Below, one piece after another: positions 1 to 12,793 of a stretch of DNA of 64,000 nucleotides. Numbering within the stretch: position 1 is the first letter of the stretch; every line of letters starts with the position of its first letter. The position numbers and the translations under genes were made by a program. A model generated the notes under the pieces. It had not been told where the DNA came from, did not search any database, and was given only the letters and a program-made list of their open reading frames with translations. This DNA is from Octopus sinensis (taxonomy: Eukaryota): the NCBI RefSeq assembly GCF_006345805.1, contig NC_043011.1:34670464-34734463 (forward strand), written 5' to 3'.

Positions 1-420
1 GAATTACCGGTTTGAAATAAACTCTACAGGCATAGAAGTGCGGTCAGCCAAATATATCCAAGTTGTGTGCTAGGTAACGAAACTGTCGCGCGCACACTCA
101 TACACCTGTCAGCTGTAGAACAGATCCGGCTATCAACTGAATCCGTCATGAAGATCATTCCTTCGTCATCTTTTAAACGGGAAGGGCATGCAGTTTTTAT
201 ATGATTGATGGCCATGGTGAGAGAGGTTAGATTGTATAGTAGACGCGATTGAAGGGGCTGAAAACAAACACTTTCGCCTTTGGCCAATCCCTCATCAAAT
301 TCTCCGAGTTTCACGTGAAGAAGAAAATAAGGGTAGAGAGAGAAGTGTTGCCTTCCAGCCATTTTATTCAAAGGTAGATGAGAGTGGCGAGCATGGTGCG
401 AGTGAATGGGCCTGCCCTCG
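1..420 (+). mobile_element. L1/Tx1-clade LINE, degraded ORF2 C-terminus
   Basis: Broken + frames read CPSCVLGNETV...KGLKTNTFAFGQSLIKF..FHVKKKIRVEREVLPSSHFIQR..RVASMVRVNG and are paralogous to about 1540-1925. Confidence 0.7.
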
Positions 421-673
421 GGATAAGACTGTAAAATGAAGATGAAAAACTGAGAAAAGGTACCTGCCCCAGAAGTCAGGACATCTGTGGTTTTATGGGA
501 TTTTTTCCTGCTGAGGAATACTCATACTTAAAATTGTATTTCTATTTTTCTTTTGTTAAACTTATTTACACATAAAACCTTCACACCAAAACACACACAC
601 AAACACACACAAAGTTTTGTTCTGAGCCGTTTTTAATGTTTTTCTTAATGTAAACCCTTTGTGGTCAATAAAG

Positions 674-676
<3 letters not shown>

Positions 677-719
<43 letters not shown>

Positions 720-754
720 TACAACTACTACTAGTATTATTATTGTTGTTGTTG

Positions 755-811
<57 letters not shown>

Positions 812-831
812 TATTATTATTATTATTATTA

Positions 832-862
<31 letters not shown>

Positions 863-865
863 CAT
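677..865. repeat. Compound (ATC)n/(TTA)n microsatellite
   Basis: Direct reading of the sequence. Confidence 0.95.
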
Positions 866-2245
866 CGCTAGACGGAGAGTTCGGTGAAAGTGCTCGGAGT
901 TCAGTTGGAAGGAAGCTGTCTCTGAAAGTCCAGGCGGAAGCAGCGAATGCATATATCGCTTCGGTGGTTTACTACCGCCTAGCCGTCGTATCTTGTCCTA
1001 AGAAAACTCTCTAATCAGATTGGAGCGCTTGCTTGTCCGATTCTTGTGGGAGAGTCATGTTCCGCTAGTCAGAAAATCCCTCTGTTGTCTACACCTACAC
1101 CATAATGGTCTTGGGATGCCATCCTTGATAATGCAGTGCCACGCTTTGAGGCTATTGCTCCTACAGAAATATCTAAATCACTGCGATGGTGTGAAACGAC
1201 GGCGACGAAAATAAGAGTGAACTGGTGTGGAAGTCCTTCGTGCGACACATCTTTCCGCAGCTCATCTCATTGACATAGCTGCAGTCATGGGTCAAACGCA
1301 GACCAAGGTTGGGCGTCTGGCATCCAGAATGTTGCTAGGAGCTCACTGCATTGTACCAGCTGCGTTAAACCATTAGCGGGAAAACAAGCCTAGATTTCTA
1401 TAGGGAGCTAGTTGAAGATATGAGCGATGATGACCTAGAACCTAATCTAGGCATTGATGAGAACAGTTTGAGTAGTCACTTCCAGAGGACCTTCGGGTCG
1501 AAAATCATGGACAATTTCCAAAAGTTTTTGCCCGAGATGTTTACTGGTGGGACGAAACCGTCCTGCATGCAATAATTCAGTGTCCGTGCATTAGAGAGTT
1601 GTGGGATTGCGTGGAGCAGCTGTTCTCGCGTGTAAGACAAAGTTAGCTGTCTTTCGATTGTATAGTGAAGATCGACGCACCACCTTCCCTTGGGAGAGAA
1701 GGGATGCATATTTTTCTCTGCTTAGTGGCTGTCGCAAAATAAGCCAAGTGGTGGACCCGTCTGAAAGGTTTGAAGACAGGCATTTTCGTATCTGGCCAAG
1801 CCCTCATCAATTTCTTCAACTATCATTTGGAGAAGAAGGTGAGGCTAGAGAGGGAGGTGCTGCCTTCTAGTTTGTTTATGAAAAAGTAGTCAAAAGTGGC
1901 TGGACTGGTGAGACTGAATGGATTAACTTTGAGTATGTTTTTCTAAGCAGGAGGGAAGAAACAGGAAGAGGGTATTTCTTCACGCCTTGGAGATGGCAGA
2001 GTAATCTGGGATTTTTTTGTGGATTTTACCCCGAATTTCCCTAAGTGAACTGCCTCGTTATTGGGGATTCTGATTATTATATTTTATTATTTATTTCTCT
2101 ATTATATATTCTGCTGCATCCCTTAATGTAGTAGTATCTCCCTTTGATCGATGTAAATCCCACCTGTTTTTGGTTTTGTGTGCTGTAACCCGTCCTTCGA
2201 TCTTGTCCTCCATGTCTTGGGCTCTTGTGGCCAATAAGAGAAACT
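866..2245 (+). mobile_element. 5'-truncated L1/Tx1-clade LINE (post-RT region, zinc-knuckle remnant, 3' UTR)
   Basis: GRKLSLKVQAEAANAYIASVVYYRL...LERLLVRFLWESHVPLVRKSLCCLHLHHNGLGMPSL matches the Tx1/L1 post-RT pattern (LSxxGR...FLW...GGLG). It contains stops and frameshifts and ends in CCAATAAGAG followed by (TTA)n. Confidence 0.8.
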
Positions 2246-2260
2246 ATTATTATTATTATT

Positions 2261-2469
2261 GAGTGAGAGAGCAATGCATGCCACCAAAGTGTCGCTGGGG
2301 TACAATTATACGAAGCCCAATATATCATCATGACTACCCATCTGATAAGGGTACACCAGGCACATGCAACACAACCATATGTATGCGACATGATGATCTC
2401 ATATCAAGATAAACAGTGCATGACCTTGCGGGTGGAGCCTAGTTAGAATTTTCTTCAGGTCGAGTAGCC
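2261..2469 (-). repeat. Partial copy of a (TAA)n-associated non-coding interspersed repeat (fuller copy at 57866-58410)
   Basis: GAGTGAGAGAGCAATGCATGCCACCAAAGTG...GGTCGAGTAGCC aligns with 57866-58074. Confidence 0.8.
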
Positions 2470-2885
2470 TACAAACACTCTCCAATATTTCCTTTCATTT
2501 ATAAACTCTCTTGCCTCTCTCACTCCAACACCTCTAACCACCAAAGCTTTCCTCACTCCATCCATCCACACCAACCGAGGTCTGCCTCTGGTTCTGTTGC
2601 CTATTACTTCTGCCTTCATCACCCTCCTTACCATCCACTCCTCATCCATCCTCTCCATGTGGCCAAACCACCTCAAGATTCGTCAATCTATTTTGGTTAT
2701 AATTTTACTCTCATTTCTGCTCGCCTTCGCACGTCCTATTTCCTCATTCTGTCCATCCATATCACACCAACCAGAGTCCTCAAACATCTCAAACACATCT
2801 AGTTGCCTCCTTTTTGCCTCTCTTACCCGCCTCGTCACTGCACCATATAATATTGTCGGCACAATCACGCCCTTATACACACCTA
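2470..2885 (-). mobile_element. RTE-clade LINE 3' fragment
   Basis: YKGVIVPTILYGA...LDVFEM and LRWFGHMERMDEEWMVRRVMKAEVIGNRTRGRPRLVWMDGV are the typical RTE C-terminal motifs. Confidence 0.85.
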
Positions 2886-2889
2886 TTCT

Positions 2890-3284
2890 TTTCTGCTCCA
2901 GGCACAAGGCCCGAACTTTTGGGAGAGGAAGCCAGTCGATTACATCGACTCCAGTATGCAACTGATACTTAATTTATCGACCCCGAAAGGATGGAAGGCA
3001 AAGTCGACCTTGGTGGAATTTGAACTCAGAACGTAACAGCAGACGAAATACCTATTTCTTTACTACCCACAAGGGGCTAAACACAGAGAGAACAAAAAAG
3101 GACAGACAAACAGATTAAGTCGATTACATCGACCCCAGTGCGTAACTGGTACTTATTTAATCGAACCCGAAAGGATGAAAAGCAAAGTCGAGCTCGGCGG
3201 TATTTGAACTCAGAACGTAGCGGCAGACGAAATACTGTTAGGCATTTCTCCCGGCGTGCTAACGTTTCTGCCAGCTCGCCGCCT
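2890..3284 (-). mobile_element. SINE family A (tRNA-like head, Nin/Deu-like central domain), composite copy
   Basis: Reverse complement starts AGGCGGCGAGCTGGCAGAAACGTTAGCACGCC and contains GCTTTTCATCCTTTCGGG..CGATTAAATAAGTACCAG. Many copies occur in the window. Confidence 0.85.
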
Positions 3285-3300
3285 AGGAAATCATTTATAT

Positions 3301-4416
3301 TGTTACGGAGGCAAGGAAAAGTAAACGAACAAAGAAAAACATTATGCCCCTTGTTCCATTAGTTGGAACCGAACCGGCGCTCCAGTTGTTCAGGACAATG
3401 ATATTTCCTTTGTCCTGTCAAAGACCACGATTATTAATGGTCGTAGGCAGTGAACTATGGTCCCCACACGGTCACGGAAAGTTTTAAAAAATTAAAACTG
3501 CTGGGACAACGTTATAAATACTGCTAGCATTAAGTTAGTTGGGTCAGTCAGCGAGAAACCGTGAGAGGGTCAGTGTGAGCGGAGCGGACAAGAGAGTGAG
3601 TTCGAGATGGTGGAGTCGGCGAGAGACGGTCAGTGTGAGCGTCCACTGGACAAAGGGCGGCGTGGTCTAGAGAGAGACAGACAGTGAGTGTGAGAGATGA
3701 CAACGAGAGGTAGTAAGAAAGATGACAGTGAAGGGGCAGAGAGAGACATAAAGAAGCCGGACTGTTATAATGGGAGTTTTGTGATGTTCAGGGAGTGTTG
3801 CAGGCGCGGAACTTGCGGTAATGTTTTTTATTTGTGTTTTTAATTTCGATGTTTAGATGTAAAAAGAAGAAAGAGAAAGAAAAGAGGGAAAAAGGCGCGT
3901 TGTTGGCTGTTTTTAAAAGAAAAGAAAAGGAAGAAAAAAAGAGAACTTGGAAATGTTTTTAAAAGGAGAAGGAGCCCTTTTTTGAGAACTGTCGTGTAAA
4001 AAAAAAAAAGAGGGGAAATTGGAGCTCTAAGAGACTGTTGGTTTTGAAATTTGTGTTAAATGTAAAATGATTTGTCTTGAAAAGACCGAACTGTATTGAG
4101 TCAAATGTTGAATGATTTGTTTTTTTCGAACTCTGAAATTATGTTTAAATGCAAATGATTGTTTTTCGAACTCTGAACATGATTTGTCAACCTTTGTTTT
4201 GGAATGCTTTGATTTTGTTTTGAAAAAAAAAAAATTGCTAAATTATGCAACTTCCGCTGTGTCTCTTTCTTTTGTTGTCATTGTGTTGTTTCCTGGCTGC
4301 GTTCGCCGCCTTCCCCACTTCCCGTGGTGCATTTCCGGTTTATTGAGCGTCGTCGTCGCGACTTAGGGCCCCGTGGTGGAATCGGAAGGCCTAGGGTCCT
4401 GAATTGCGGCGTAACA
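3301..4416 (+). mobile_element. Solo LTR (1116 bp), probably Gypsy-type
   Basis: Termini TGTTACG...CGTAACA (7-bp inverted) with a 4-bp TSD ATAT at 3297-3300 and 4417-4420. TATAAATA near 3513. No coding capacity. Orientation is tentative. Confidence 0.75.
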
Positions 4417-4450
4417 ATATTGTAGCTGTGCTGTTTACTTTTCTTTACCG

Positions 4451-4726
4451 TCAAAGCTTTACTGCTGCTGCTGTTGTTGCTCTTGTTATTATTTTGTTGC
4501 TACTGTTGCTGTGGTTGTTGTTGTTGTTCGTAGTGGTCGTGGCGGTGGTGTCACAGTTGTTTGTGAATGAGACGATCATCTTGTTCGCTTGTCTAGCAGT
4601 AGTCATGTCAACAGGTGAAGAACTATCATTTGCTCTCATTTTTATGGCAAGACACTCCTCTGTCTCTCTCTCTATCCCTCTCTCATCGACGTTGGAAACT
4701 TTCCCGAAACTATTTGTTGCTGCCAT
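4451..4726 (-). CDS. Possible first coding exon or short ORF with a T/N-rich low-complexity tail
   Basis: ATG in a TCAATGG context opens a 91-aa ORF whose first half is non-repetitive. CpG-richer unique sequence lies upstream (4820-4970). No recognisable domain. Confidence 0.2.
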   Translation of the reverse strand: MAATNSFGKVSNVDERGIERETEECLAIKMRANDSSSPVDMTTARQANKMIVSFTNNCDTTATTTTNNNNNHSNSSNKIITRATTAAAVKL

Positions 4727-4992
4727 TGAGTAAAATTCTAAAATATTTTTCCTCGTGGAATAGAAAATGGAATAAATTTGATAAGTCCCACAAGAAATAG
4801 AGGGACTTTTAACGAAAAAGAAACTCCCTAGCGGAAAGACGCCTTATCCTCCACCCTGGTTGAAAATGACAGGAAAACACCGCTATTTTCCGGGGAAAAA
4901 ACTGACGAGTTTCGAAAACAAAATACAGAGCTGAAGTCAAGTGTGGCTTCTTCGGCTGACGGCCGTAATATAATTAATAGGTGTGTATAAAA

Positions 4993-5603
4993 AGGCGGCG
5001 AGCTGGCAGAAACGTTAGCACGCCGGATGAAATGCTTAAGCGGTATTTCAGGGCGGCGAGCTGGCAGAAACGTTAGCACGCCGAGCGAAATGCTTAAGCG
5101 GTATTTCAGGGCGGCGAGCTGGCAGAAACGTTAGCACGCCGAGCGAAATGCTTAAGCGGTATTTCAGGGCGGCGAGCTGGCAGAAACGTTAGCACGCCGA
5201 GCGAAATGCTTAAGCGGTATTTCAGGGCGGCGAGCTGGCAGAAACGTTAGCACGCCGAGCGAAATGCTTAAGCGGTATTTCAGGGCGGCGAGCTGGCAGA
5301 AACGTTAGCTCGCCGAGCGAAATGCTTAAGCGGTATTTCAGGGCGGCGAGCTGGCAGAATCGTTAGCACGCCGGGCGAAATGCTTAGGGGTATTTCGTCT
5401 GCCGTTACGTTCCGAGTTCAAATTCCGCCGCGGTCGACTTTGCCTTTCATCCTTTCGGGGTCGATAAATTAAGTACCAGTTACGCACTGGGGTCGATATA
5501 ATCGACTTAATCCGTTTGTCTGTCTTTGTTTGTCCCCTCTGTGTTTAGCCCCTTGTGGGTAGTAAAGAAATAGGTATTTTGTCTGCCGTTACGTTGTGAG
5601 TTC
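4993..5603 (+). repeat. Seven tandem 58-bp SINE-A heads, the last continuing into a full SINE-A
   Basis: Unit GGGCGGCGAGCTGGCAGAAACGTTAGCACGCCGAGCGAAATGCTTAAGCGGTATTTCA starts at 4993, 5051, 5109, 5167, 5225, 5283 and 5341. Confidence 0.95.
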
Positions 5604-5638
5604 ATATATGTGTGTGTGTGCGTGTGTGTATACCAATC

Positions 5639-5758
5639 TTCATCATCATCATCATCATTGTTTAACGTCCGCTTTCCACGCTGACATGGGTTAGACGGTT
5701 TGACTGAGGACTGGTGAGCCAGATTGGCTGCACCAGGCTCCAATCTGATCTCGCAGAG
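5639..5758 (-). repeat. RTE-like 3' tail ending in (GAT)n
   Basis: (CAT)n-TGTTTAACGTCCGCTTTCCA. Related copies at about 41130-41270 (+) and 59705-59790 (-). Confidence 0.55.
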
Positions 5759-5842
5759 TGTATATATATATAGAGATTTTTAGATTTTTTTAGATTTTAT
5801 CTAGTTTCAGCTCACGAGCTGTGGCCTTGCTGGGGCACCGCC

Positions 5843-5904
<62 letters not shown>

Positions 5905-6088
5905 TACAAAATTAGAAATGGAGAAACATACTTAAATCAATCAAACATCAACCATCAGATGATACCCAATCAATACTTTATTACACCATTACATAACAGC
6001 AAAGGCATTATACAAAATATATTGTAAATATAATTAGACAAGGAAATAGAAATATAAAATATAAAATATAATATATAATTATATCATA

Positions 6089-6199
6089 TCTGACAGCTGT
6101 TTCGGTCGTAAGGACAAGTATGCCTCATTTAACCTATAAGCCATATAAGGCAGGTATAAATGAGACATTAACAAGGATGTCCCACGGCCTCTTCAGAGA
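6089..6199 (-). ncRNA. Type I hammerhead ribozyme with extended stem II
   Basis: Reverse complement: TCT-CTGAAGA-[~86-nt hairpin]-GAAAC-AGCT-GTC-AGA. The core is intact, the triplet is GUC and stem III has a palindromic loop. Confidence 0.8.
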
Positions 6200-6556
6200 A
6201 TTTAATTTATTATAAGTGTGAAAAAAATTTTTTTATACATATAAATATAAAAATATAAAATATAAAAACGTGTGCATAGACACTCATAATACTACACATA
6301 TATATATATACTCATTAATACAATAATACAAAATAAACAAAACAAAATATATCAATATATATTAACAAACACAGTTATTCTACATATTGGGCTTCTAATT
6401 CCAAAACTAACCTACAGGAAAATATATGCACACTCACATTTAAATTTAAATCAGACATATACATAAAAAATAATTTAAAAAAACACAGTTCAGTTCATAA
6501 AATTATAAACCTATAAAAGTCAATAAAAATTACTATTAATATTAATAATAATAATA

Positions 6557-6622
<66 letters not shown>

Positions 6623-7260
6623 CAACCATGTCTGTACCAAGTACATCAATCGGACATCTACATATCTATAAGTCTGATTCTTCTGTCCGCTTGATATTGA
6701 TTATTCTAGATTGATTCGATTGGCTTATAGTTTTAAATTTGAATCACAAAAGAAATTTTACGGTTAGTTAGTCAAGAAACGCACATACGCACACGCACAT
6801 CCACAGATCAATCGCACATACATACATAATTATATGTATACACACACACATACACTCATACACATACATATCCACAAACACCGTCAAATACATAAATAAA
6901 TAAATAATAAAAGAGGTATAATCGTAACTATGCAGCCATCAAACCTCTCCAAAACGACAACAATGCCACTATGTTAACTAAGAAGATCCACTCACATATT
7001 TCCATAAAATATTTGTTATAAAGATACATATATTTATATATCAAGACATAGAATGTAATTTTTCGTAGGGTACACAAAGCATATGCCACCGTTTTCTGAA
7101 GTCATAGTATTACATAACATAACGTTTACTGATTTCACCGTAAATTGCTATAATCACATGTACGCTAAGTTATAAAGTATAGATTAAACATTTTTGTTTG
7201 ACTATCAATAGACATAGAAACATACATATACTAAATTGACATCGGTTTATAGCAATTAAA

Positions 7261-8273
7261 GGCGATGTTTCGCATGTCGTAGCACAAGTTTTCCGTCGAT
7301 TTCCGTAAAAAACTTTTATTTTTTAACATAAGTAATGAGAGCGAAAGAGACTAAGAGGAAGTGATTTTATGACGAGGAAGTTTCTCTTTGAAGTTACCGT
7401 GCATGGGAGCATTGATGGACATGTGTGTGTGTGTGTGTGTGTGTTTGATGGGGTGTGGGAGACAGACAGTATGTTGTGTAAGTGAAGTGCTTCTGTTAGT
7501 GTGTGTGAAGAGACAGAGAGAGTAATGTGTGAAAGAGAGAGATAACTGATTTTTTACTTGGTGTGTGTGTATATGTATGTATGTATGTGTGTGTGTGTGT
7601 GTATGTATGTGTGTATGTATGTATGTATGTATGTGTGTGTATATGTATGTATGTGTGTGTATGTATGTGCGTATGTATGTATGTGTGTGTATATGTATGT
7701 ATGTGTGTGTGTGTATGTATGTGTTGTGTATGTATGTATGTATGTGTGTGTATATGTATGTATGTGTATGTATGTGTGTGTATGTATGTATGTGTGTGTA
7801 TATGTATGTATGTGTGTGTGTATGTATGTATGTGTGTGTATGTATGTATGGCCGATTCATCGTAATTACAATGAATCGGCCATACATACATACACACACA
7901 CACACATACTTACACACACACATACATAGATACATACACACACACACATACATACATACATATACACACACACCGAGTAAAAAATCAGTTATCTCTCTCT
8001 TTCACACATTACTCTCTCTGTCTCTTCACACACACTAACAGAAGCACTTCACTTACACAACATACTGTCTGTCTCCCACACCCCATCAAACACACACACA
8101 CACACACACACATGTCCATCAATGCTCCCATGCACGGTAACTTCAAAGAGAAACTTCCTCGTCATAAAATCGCTTCCTCTTAGTCTCTTTCGCTCTCATT
8201 ACTTATGTAAAAAAATAAAAGTTTTTTACGGAATTCGACGGAAAACTTGTGCTACGACAACCGAAACGTTGCC
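7261..8273. mobile_element. Foldback/palindromic MITE, Merlin-like termini
   Basis: The whole element is an inverted repeat centred at about 7865. Ends are GGCGA.../...TTGCC, with an 8-bp TSD CAATTAAA at 7253-7260 and 8274-8281. Confidence 0.8.
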
Positions 8274-8735
8274 CAATTAAATTATAAGAGATTAATTGTA
8301 AGAAGTCAAAATACGGAAATATTCCGGGATGTGTAAACAGACAAGACAAGACAAAAATTCTTTATAGTATAAATATATATAATTATATATTATAATGCCA
8401 TTATAATATTAATATTTATCCATCAAAGAACCTAACCTCCGAACTAATAGAATTACACTTAAATATACATGCTCATAATAATACTCATGTATAACAGCAG
8501 ATGTACACAAACGCACCGTTTATTTTCATATGTGACTTGCGAGTAAACATTCATAGTACTTATATATAAATATACTTTTAAGCATCCGTGGACACATAGA
8601 TACAAATGTAATAATTAACAAGATTTGGCATTAAATAATATCAGTGGGGGACTTACCAATACAATGGTATATAAGTAAATAACAAAAATTAAATTAATTA
8701 TAAGTTAATAAATTGTAATTACTTAAGATTAAAAT

Positions 8736-8808
<73 letters not shown>

Positions 8809-8856
8809 ATGTGTGTGTGTATACTTTATTTAAAAGCAGCAGAAATATAACAAAAC

Positions 8857-8894
8857 CTGTTACTCAGAGTTTCGCGTTCCCATTCGTCAGACAG
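8857..8894 (-). ncRNA. Minimal type I hammerhead ribozyme (stem II decayed)
   Basis: Reverse complement: CTGT-CTGACGA-ATGGGAACGC-GAAAC-TCTGA-GTA-ACAG. Confidence 0.65.
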
Positions 8895-9198
8895 TTTTGT
8901 TACTCTACCTCTGGTATTTGAGTACTCTTCTTTCACCTTGTTTCACATTCACATTTATGTGCTTACTCCTGTACATATATATATATATATATATATAAAC
9001 ACACACACACACACATGATATAAGTTCAGAGGAATATATTATCTTGATGGATACCATGGTAGCTCTCAGTTATGTTCTAGGGTACAGCTAACTGCATTAA
9101 TTGCTTGACTCAACAGGTTTTCCCAGGAACAGTATATTGCCAAAGGTCTCTGTCTAATGTATTAAAGCTAGAAATATGTATAAATATGCATAATCATG

Positions 9199-9245
<47 letters not shown>

Positions 9246-9333
9246 TATAGATTACATAATATATAACATATATATATATAAAATGTATAAACATGTATAA
9301 TCATGTATAAATATACATAATCATGTATAAATA

Positions 9334-9365
<32 letters not shown>

Positions 9366-9366
9366 C

Positions 9367-9405
<39 letters not shown>

Positions 9406-9457
9406 CATATATTTATATATACATATATACATATATTTATATATATATATATATATA

Positions 9458-12400
9458 TACTGCATTAAATGCAACCTATGCGGGATGCTGTATGTAGGAC
9501 AGACGGGACGCCGGTTGTCCGACCGTTTCACTGAGCACTAAGGGACGTTCGCCTACACTCTCTTTCTCCCGTCGCACGCCACTCCGTTCGGCCGGCCATT
9601 CCCTAGATGACATCTCAGTGTTTGGTCTCGCCCCCACCAAGGTCGCCCACTTTCCAGGCTCCACTTGGAGCAACGCTACATCTTCACCCTACAAACTACC
9701 ACCCACACGGACTTAACACAGCCCCCTCCTCTTGAGATCTGCTTTTTTTTTTTTTTTTTTTGGCCACCACACCCACACCACACCCCACCTGCCTCCCACA
9801 CGCACACACCCACCCACCTACCTCCCACACACACCCAACCACCTACCTCCCACACGCCTGTTCACACACACACATACGCAGACCCATTACGTACATACAT
9901 TCACACATTTAATCACACACACTTACAGACATACTAGCACACACTAACATACAACCAACATGCACATACACACACACATACATACATACGCACACACATA
10001 CATACTTACACACACACACACACACCGACATACATACACACATACACACACACATACCTACGCACATACATACACACACACTCAACACACACCACCGCAC
10101 GTACATACTTCACACACACACATGCAAACATACATGTAGGCACATACATACATACATGCCCACACATGCACACCCTTACACTGAATGCACACACACATAC
10201 ACCTTTTTGCATCCAGGCAGCCCCCCTCTTTTCTGCTTTCCGGTTTTTTGATGGATCCTCGGTTCCCGCGTAGCGGGGCGTTCGAGGCCTTTGCGCTCGC
10301 GCGCCTTGGCGCGCGCTGGGGGCTTGGTCGGCCCCTTGGGCTTGCGTTGTACTGCTTGTGCGTGTTGTGCGTGAGCGCGCTTTGTGCGTGTGGGCTTGCT
10401 TCGGATGTGCGCGTACGTATGTATGCATACATACCCACACACTCGCATGCATCCCTACCCACATACATACACGCACACCTACTCACACACACAATACACA
10501 CACATACCTGCACACCACACACACATACATACATACACATACATACCTACTTCAGACATACACACACACGACATACACCCATACACTCACACTCACACGC
10601 ATACACACACACATACACACGCACACGTACACTACACACACACACCACACCTACATACATACATTACACTTGTATACACACACACTTACATTCATACAAC
10701 ACACACACCTACACAGCCATACCCTCATTCAGACACACACATCTACCTACACACACACAAAACACACACGGACACACACCCATACATACATACATCTACA
10801 CACACGCCTACACACATACATACACACATACATAAACACACACACATATACATATACACACATACGCACACACACATATACTTATACACATGCACACACA
10901 CACACACATACATACATACACCCATATACATACATACACACATACCCACATACTCCTATACGCACATACATACACAAAGACATACCACACTTACACACTC
11001 ACACAAACATACACACACACATACTTACACACACACTCACCTGCACGCGCACACACATGCATGACAAACACCCATACACTCACACTCACATACGTACACA
11101 CCAACATAAACACGCACACGCACACACACACCTACACTCCCACACACATACACACGCACACACATACACACACGCACGCATACACACGCACACACACATA
11201 CATTACACACGTACACACACCCACATACACATGCATAACACACACCACACAAACATGCACGGACACACCCAGACATACACACATACACCTATATACACAC
11301 GCCCACACACGTACATACCACACATATACACACGCCCACACACCTACATACACACACATACATACACACACATACACGGACCACCCACACATACTTACAT
11401 ACATACACCTATACACCCACGCCTACACACCTACATACACACAATGCATACACACACACACACATGTACGCACATTACACACAATATACGCACATACATA
11501 TATACCCACACACATGCACACACACATACGCACATGCATGCCATGCATGCACACGCGCACACCTACACGCATACACACACACACACGCACGTACACATAC
11601 ATACATACACACACGCATACATACACCCATACACATACATGCATCCGACACACACATACATACACACTCACACATACATACACACACACACACTTACTCA
11701 CACACCTGTATGTACGCGCACACACATGCACATACACACACTTCCCCACACCCACACGTACATACATACACACTCACACACATACACACACACACACGGA
11801 CATACATCTATGCACACACATACATACACACATACTCACATACATTCATCGCACACACTGCCACCCAGACATACACACAGACACACACACACATCCACAC
11901 ACATACATACGTACGCGCATACTCGCAGGCACGCGCACATACGCACTTACGACGGCTCGCGTTGCATACGCGTCGCATACACTCGCCCTTGGACCTGACG
12001 AGACCTCCCGCCCGTTCCTGGGACCGTCGCGTGTCGTGGGGTTTTCCCACGCCTGTCTCCGCGGTACCACTCTTCCATCTTCCCCTCAGCTGGAGTCCTT
12101 TTTCCTTAACCCCCCCCTTTTTTCGTTACACACACGCGCACACATATACACACCTTGCCTATAGATATACATCACTCTTACACACATTCAATCTACTCAT
12201 TAATACCACCACGACACTGGAACACACACACACTACTACTCAACACACGCTGGCACGCTACATACGCCCCCACCCCTTCCCCTCCCTCCCTTCCTCCTTC
12301 CTTCTTTTTCTTACTACTGACCTCCTTCCTCCTTCCTTCTTTTTCTTGTCTGCTAGCTGACCACTAGTCTCGCCCTACCTCACACGCCTACACACAGACG

Positions 12401-12793
12401 CACACACTAAACACACCCTATATTTTTTTGTTTTTTCATCTCGCCTCACACACCACACACAACACACACGCACATGCACACACTCACACATACACACACA
12501 TCTGTTGGGTTACCAACCTTGTCTCCACTCTTTTGCCTTTAAAAACCCACTTTGCTCTTGTTATCGTCAACATCCGCCTTCCACCATGTGCAACTCGTAA
12601 ACACCAGTCGTCTTTTTTCTCTTTCCCTGTTGCCCGCTCTGGGATCTTTCTTTCCTCTCTCTTCCTTCTTTATGTTTCCGACGAAGAGCTCCGCTAGAAA
12701 CGTCATACCTCCTGCTTCCATCTCCTGAGCGCCTATTAATAATAATACTGAATTGTTCCTGTTGTTGTTGTTTTTTTGTTTCCCTTTTGGATT

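Noticed and set aside
4898-4925. CTGACGA-GTTTC-GAAA hammerhead-like string
   Set aside because: No stem I or stem III pairing can be formed.
4993-5398. CRISPR-like regular repeats
   Set aside because: The units are contiguous with no unique spacers, they are SINE-derived, and there are no cas genes in this eukaryotic context.
9732-12360. Long His/Thr/Tyr- or Cys/Val/Met-rich ORFs (up to 546 aa)
   Set aside because: They are translations of (CA)n/(CATA)n low-complexity DNA and are open in several frames.
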